Positions 59,271 through 64,000 of a DNA stretch of 64,000 nt are shown here, piece by piece. This DNA comes from Eledone cirrhosa (lineage: Eukaryota), in NCBI GenBank assembly GCA_964016885.1, contig OZ024760.1:21514001-21578000 (forward strand), given 5' to 3'. The notes under the pieces were generated by a model, which saw only the letters and a program-made list of their open reading frames with translations, was not told where the DNA came from and searched no databases. A program made the translations under genes and the position numbers. Numbering within the stretch: the stretch's first letter is position 1; each line of letters starts with the position of its first letter.

Positions 59271-59540
59271 AAATGAAATGAAATGAAATGAAATGCAATT
59301 AAATTAAATTAAATTGAATGAAATGAAATGAAATGAAATGTAATTAAATTAAATTAAATTGAATGAAATGAAATGAAATGAAATGAAATGAAATGAAATG
59401 CAATTAAATTAAATTAAATTAAATTGAATGAAATGAAATGAAATGAAATGTAATTAAATTAAATTAAATTGAATGAAATGAAATGAAATGAAATGAAATG
59501 CAATTAAATTAAATGAAATTAAATTGAATTAAATGAAATA
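59271..59540. repeat. (GAAAT)n/(TAAAT)n pentamer satellite with higher-order period
   Basis: Alternating blocks of aaatg and aaatt. Confidence 0.92.
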
Positions 59541-59765
59541 TCAAAGAAAGAAAAAATTCCATCTCAGACAAAACAGCAAAAAATAGTAAAATAATAACAT
59601 TGAGAAATCATATAAATATGTCTCAAATTTAGTGTAATACAAGATGAGGGCAACATCTTCTCCCTCTCTCTCTCACACACTCTCTATTTTTCTCCCCCAC
59701 ACTCTCTCTCTATAAACAAATGACGCTCTATATATATAGATGAGTGTGACGTCTTCTTTCTCTCC

Positions 59766-59799
<34 letters not shown>

Positions 59800-60768
59800 T
59801 ACACACACTCTCTCTCTAAACAAAGGACGTTGCTTTTCTCTCTACCTATGTACATGTCTCTCACTTGGCACTCCCCCCTCTCTCTCTATATATAGATGAG
59901 GGCAACATCATAACTCTCTGTCCATCTACCACTTTCTGTCACCTCAAAAACACACGGCGTTCCATTTTCTCTCTCCCTCTATGTACATATCACACTTGGA
60001 GAGCACGATGGACAGACAGACAGATAGACAGCGGTCTTATTATAATATAGATTGTTGTACAGTGCCAGTAATTCAGCATAACTATTATGAAAGACATGGG
60101 AGCACATATATATAACCACTGAAACATATTTATAAACACACACACAACACACACACAGCACACATATGCATTAATATATCATCATCATCATCATCATCAT
60201 TTTTACGTCTGCTTTTCCCTGCTTGCAAGGGTGGGATGGGAACTGATTCTGGCTTGATTTCTACAGCTGGATGCCCTTCCTAACACCAACCTCATTTACA
60301 GTGAGTGCTGGGTGCCTTTTATCCGTGGTACCTCCACGACCACTTTGCAGTAGAATTATAGGGACCCCAGCCCTATCATCTCATTTCTACAGCTGAGTAA
60401 ACTGGAGCAATGTGAAATAAAGTGTCTTGCTCAAGGAAACAACACATCACCCGGTCTGAGAATTGAACTCACAACCTTTCAATTGCAAAGCCAATGCTCT
60501 AACCACTAAGCCATGTGCCTCCTTATATGATTATACATTTATGCCGTTATATGTATGTATATTATATATATATTTATTTAATTGGTGGTAGCACTATGAC
60601 AGTTTTTTAAGCATAATGGACATGTTTATAAAACCATATATAATTATATAACATGTATTTATATACAATAAACATATGGGTGTTTAAACATATTGTATAT
60701 AAATGTATTTTATGTTTATATATGTTTCAATATATATATATATCTATTGATATACACACACACACACA

Positions 60769-60843
<75 letters not shown>

Positions 60844-60995
60844 GGGAAAGAGTCAGGACCCCGACGGCTGAGCTACGGCCGTTTCGACAGCTAGATCTGA
60901 ATTAAGCCCACTCTACAACCCTAAGTATTGAGTACTCTGGTGTGCTATGGTCCCCATGGTATTTAACCACACCCTCTCTATTATATATATATATA

Positions 60996-62170
60996 AGGAA
61001 AGCTGCTGCAGTGGATCAAGAGCTTCCTGTCAAACAGAACCCAACATGTTGTAGTTGAGGGAGTCAAATCAAGCCCAGCCAAAGTCAGTAGTGGAGTCCC
61101 ACAAGGCACTGTGTTGGGCCCACTTCTCTTCATCATCTATATTAATGACATCACTGACATCATCAAACACAGCAACATTAAAATTTTCGCTGATGATTCC
61201 AAGCTCCAAAAGGTCATCAATGGCGTGGATGACCGGATAAGCCTTCAGTCAGACCTACTGGCTGTTACCCAATGGGCAGAAAAGAACAACATGTTACTGA
61301 ACGAAGACAAATTCGAACTGATCCACTTTGGAAAAGAGGATGCTCTGAAACTCCCGTACTCCCTTCCCTCCGGGGAAACTCTCGTGGCATCTAACAACAT
61401 CAGAGACTTGGGAGTAACCGTGGACAGCAACATAAGCTGGACCACGCATATAAGCAGCAAAGTTGACATGGCCCGCAGAATGTGTTCCTGGATCCTCAGA
61501 ACCTTCCAGTCGAGAGATTCCCGCACCATTATCCTTCTCTTCTCTACTTTCGCCCGACCACACCTTGAATACTGTTGTCCACTGTGGTCTCCCCACACGA
61601 AACAAAGTATCATGAAACTTGAAGCTCCTCAAAGGGCAATCACGAAAAAGATAGATGGCATGTCAGACCTTGACTACTGGGGTCGATTGGAAAACCTGAA
61701 ACTTTACTCACTCCAACGTCGCCGTGAGCGTTATATTATCTGCATGATGTGGAAAATGTTCCATCATCACTGCCCAAATGATGTTGGCATCGCCTTCAAG
61801 ATACACCCAAGGCTTGGGCCCCGTGCTATCCGTCCCATTCAAAAATCTAAATCGCAACTCATAACAACAATACGGCACAATTATTTCACCTCAATCGGCC
61901 CTGCTCTCTTCAACATCACACCAGGACACGTCAAAACAGAAACTGACCACACAAAATTCAAGAAGTCTTTGGACAAATTCCTCCAAGTAATCCCGGACAA
62001 ACCACCCACACCCGGATATGTCTCCGCAAACAGTAATTCTCTTCTCGAATGGGCCATGGTGCCCAAATCCTGAATTGAAAGACTTCGCCAGGTGGTGCTA
62101 TTAAGTTAGACATGGCCTGGGCCAATACTGGCCAAAACATTTCAAAGTTATTCAAAGTTATTCAAAGTTA
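60996..62170 (+). mobile_element. Young 5'-truncated CR1-group LINE, RT ORF intact to 62073, tail (TTCAAAGTTA)n
   Basis: GVPQGTVLGPLLFIIYIND, FADDSK, RDLGV, RPHLEYCCPLWSP, LYSLQRRRER motifs. Confidence 0.92.
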
Positions 62171-62181
62171 TACATATATAC

Positions 62182-62230
<49 letters not shown>

Positions 62231-62316
62231 AGTCCCGGTTTCAATCGGAGGTAACCACAGTAAGTGAAGTATTCAATACATTACTAGAGTATATACAAAA
62301 TTTAATATAAATATGG

Positions 62317-62363
62317 CTTCTACAGGACTAGAACTGTTTCATTTGAAGAAAATCATCAGGAAA
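62317..62363 (-). ncRNA. Small hammerhead motif, weak stem II
   Basis: tttc CTGATGA t ttt cttc aaa t GAAA cag ttctagtc ctg TA gaag. Confidence 0.5.
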
Positions 62364-62560
62364 TCATGACTCTTTTCCTATTACCCATTGCACTACTCTA
62401 AGTATTGAGTACTCTGGTGCGTTATGGTCCACCTGGTTCCTTTCCACACTTCCTTTGTTATATATATGTATATATATGTGGCTGACAGTTGAGAGAAAGA
62501 ATTACTCAATACCGAAGAAGAGTTATAATATTCAATATTATGAAGGCTAAAAAGTGAGTC

Positions 62561-62619
62561 CTGTTATTCTGGAGTTTCACCTGTTTATCACAGGGTCATC
62601 TCACAGGGTCATCAGGCAG
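62561..62619 (-). ncRNA. Hammerhead motif, left arm of palindrome 62528-62714
   Basis: ctgc CTGATGA ccctg...caggt GAAA ctccagaa TA acag. Confidence 0.6.
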
Positions 62620-62621
62620 TC

Positions 62622-62682
62622 CTTGTCTGATGACCCTGTGAGATAACCCTGTGATAAACAGGTGAAACTCCAGAATAACAAG
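62622..62682 (+). ncRNA. Hammerhead motif, right arm of palindrome 62528-62714
   Basis: cttgt CTGATGA c cctg...cagg t GAAA ctccagaa TA acaag; stem III imperfect. Confidence 0.65.
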
Positions 62683-62733
62683 ACTCACTTTCTAGTCTTC
62701 ATAATATTGAATATATATAACAAGCAAACGCCT

Positions 62734-62776
<43 letters not shown>

Positions 62777-62894
62777 CTGTAGTAAAAGTTTGTAATAAAT
62801 ATCCAATAGTAAGAGCACTCAGTCCATAGGATGAGTTAGAATAAATAATTACAACCGTGACATAAACAGGTACTTAGGTTTCAGTAGATTATGC

Positions 62895-63107
62895 ACACAA
62901 AATTCAAGAAGTCTTTGGACAAATTCCTCCAAGTAATCCCGGACAAACCACCCACACCCGGATATGTCTCCGCAAACAGTAATTCTCTTCTCGAATGGGC
63001 CATGGTGCCCAAATCCTGAATTGAAAGACTTCGCCAGGTGGTGCTATTAAGTTAGACATGGCCTGGGCCAATACTGGCCAAAACATTTCAAAGTTATTCA
63101 AAGTTAT
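62895..63107 (+). mobile_element. 3' ~210 bp of the same CR1 LINE, identical by eye to 61949-62160
   Basis: Direct comparison; ends in ttcaaagtta repeats and (TA)n. Confidence 0.9.
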
Positions 63108-63136
63108 ATATATATATACATATGTATATATATATC

Positions 63137-63400
63137 TAAAAGTCTAAAGCCTGTTTTGAGCCCAGAAGCTTATCAGGCTGGTGCTTATCCCGGTTTCCAT
63201 AGCATGAACAGATTGAGAGTACAAGATGTCCCCACCCTCTAGACAGGGCACCAACCATTACAGGGTTAAACCCCCAGGTATTGCCGGTACTTATTTTCAT
63301 GAAATGAAGTGTTTTGTTCAAGAACACAACACACATCTCAGTCCAGGAATTGAACCTATGGCATAATCATAAGTCCAACACCTTCACCACTAGGCTACAC
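63137..63400 (-). mobile_element. Old tRNA-derived SINE
   Basis: Head gtgtagcctagtggtgaagg..ggttcaattcc, core ttcttgaacaaaacact, tail ending ctttagactttt. Confidence 0.55.
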
Positions 63401-63468
63401 ACGCACACACACACACACATATATATATATATTTGTTTGTCATTTCCTTCAAATATCTTATATTTATC

Positions 63469-63510
<42 letters not shown>

Positions 63511-63551
63511 CGATATTAAACAAATGGAAACTATATTTATAAAACCATATT

Positions 63552-63617
63552 TATTTCATTATACATATTTCGGGGATACCATATTAAAAATATGGCATGC
63601 CTTCGTCAGATAAAATA
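63552..63617 (-). ncRNA. Minimal type-I hammerhead, intact core (left arm of inverted pair)
   Basis: Exact reverse complement of 63812-63877. Confidence 0.8.
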
Positions 63618-63811
63618 CAATATATAAACAGTCTATGCGAGCAAGACAACCACTCTTGCCTCAAGTGGGAAAACTCCCGTCCAAACCCATGCAAGCATGG
63701 AACACGGACGTTAAACGATGATGATGATGATGATGATGAAACAGTTTTATAAATAATTTTGACGTACCATAAATATGAGTGACCATTAGGTAGGAAGCTG
63801 TTTATATATTG

Positions 63812-63877
63812 TATTTTATCTGACGAAGGCATGCCATATTTTTAATATGGTATCCCCGAAATATGTATAATGAAATA
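63812..63877 (+). ncRNA. Minimal type-I hammerhead, intact core; predicted cleavage after 63869
   Basis: tattttat CTGACGA aggc atgccatatt ttt aatatggtat cccc GAAAT atgt ATA atgaaata. Confidence 0.8.
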
Positions 63878-64000
63878 AATCTGGTTTTATAAATATAGTT
63901 TCCATTTGTTTAATATCGTATATCTACTCCAAAAACTTGTCGAGTGCTTTATATCAGTTATAAAATATTTACTTGTTGTAACCCAACAATTTTAAATAAA

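Overview
AT-rich animal genomic DNA, very likely a coleoid cephalopod such as octopus. This is inferred from the single-coding-exon C2H2 zinc-finger genes, the tRNA-derived SINEs with RTE-type (GAT)n tails and the huge (TA)n fields. Host genes: three tandem-C2H2 zinc-finger paralogues (15, 16 and 10 fingers). Each has a putative non-coding first exon in a shared ~1.1 kb block. ZNF2 and ZNF3 form a head-to-head inverted duplication of about 9 kb per arm. The rest is transposon debris (RTE, RTE-X-like, CR1 and CRE LINEs, Gypsy gag, mariner, hAT, piggyBac-type MITEs, SINEs), minisatellites and microsatellites, and most ORFs in the supplied track are microsatellite artefacts. The most notable signal is missing from the ORF track: about 13 complete or near-complete minimal type-I hammerhead ribozyme motifs plus several half-motifs. 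They sit in short Penelope-like (PLE) remnants lodged in (TA)n tracts, and several form head-to-head palindromes with one ribozyme per strand. These otherwise dissimilar elements share a covarying bulged stem-loop (ACUC-stem-loop-stem-U/UU/UC-GAGU-RCUYU) in their 3' tail, and the inverted short arms end just upstream of it. All structures were folded by eye; no searches were run.
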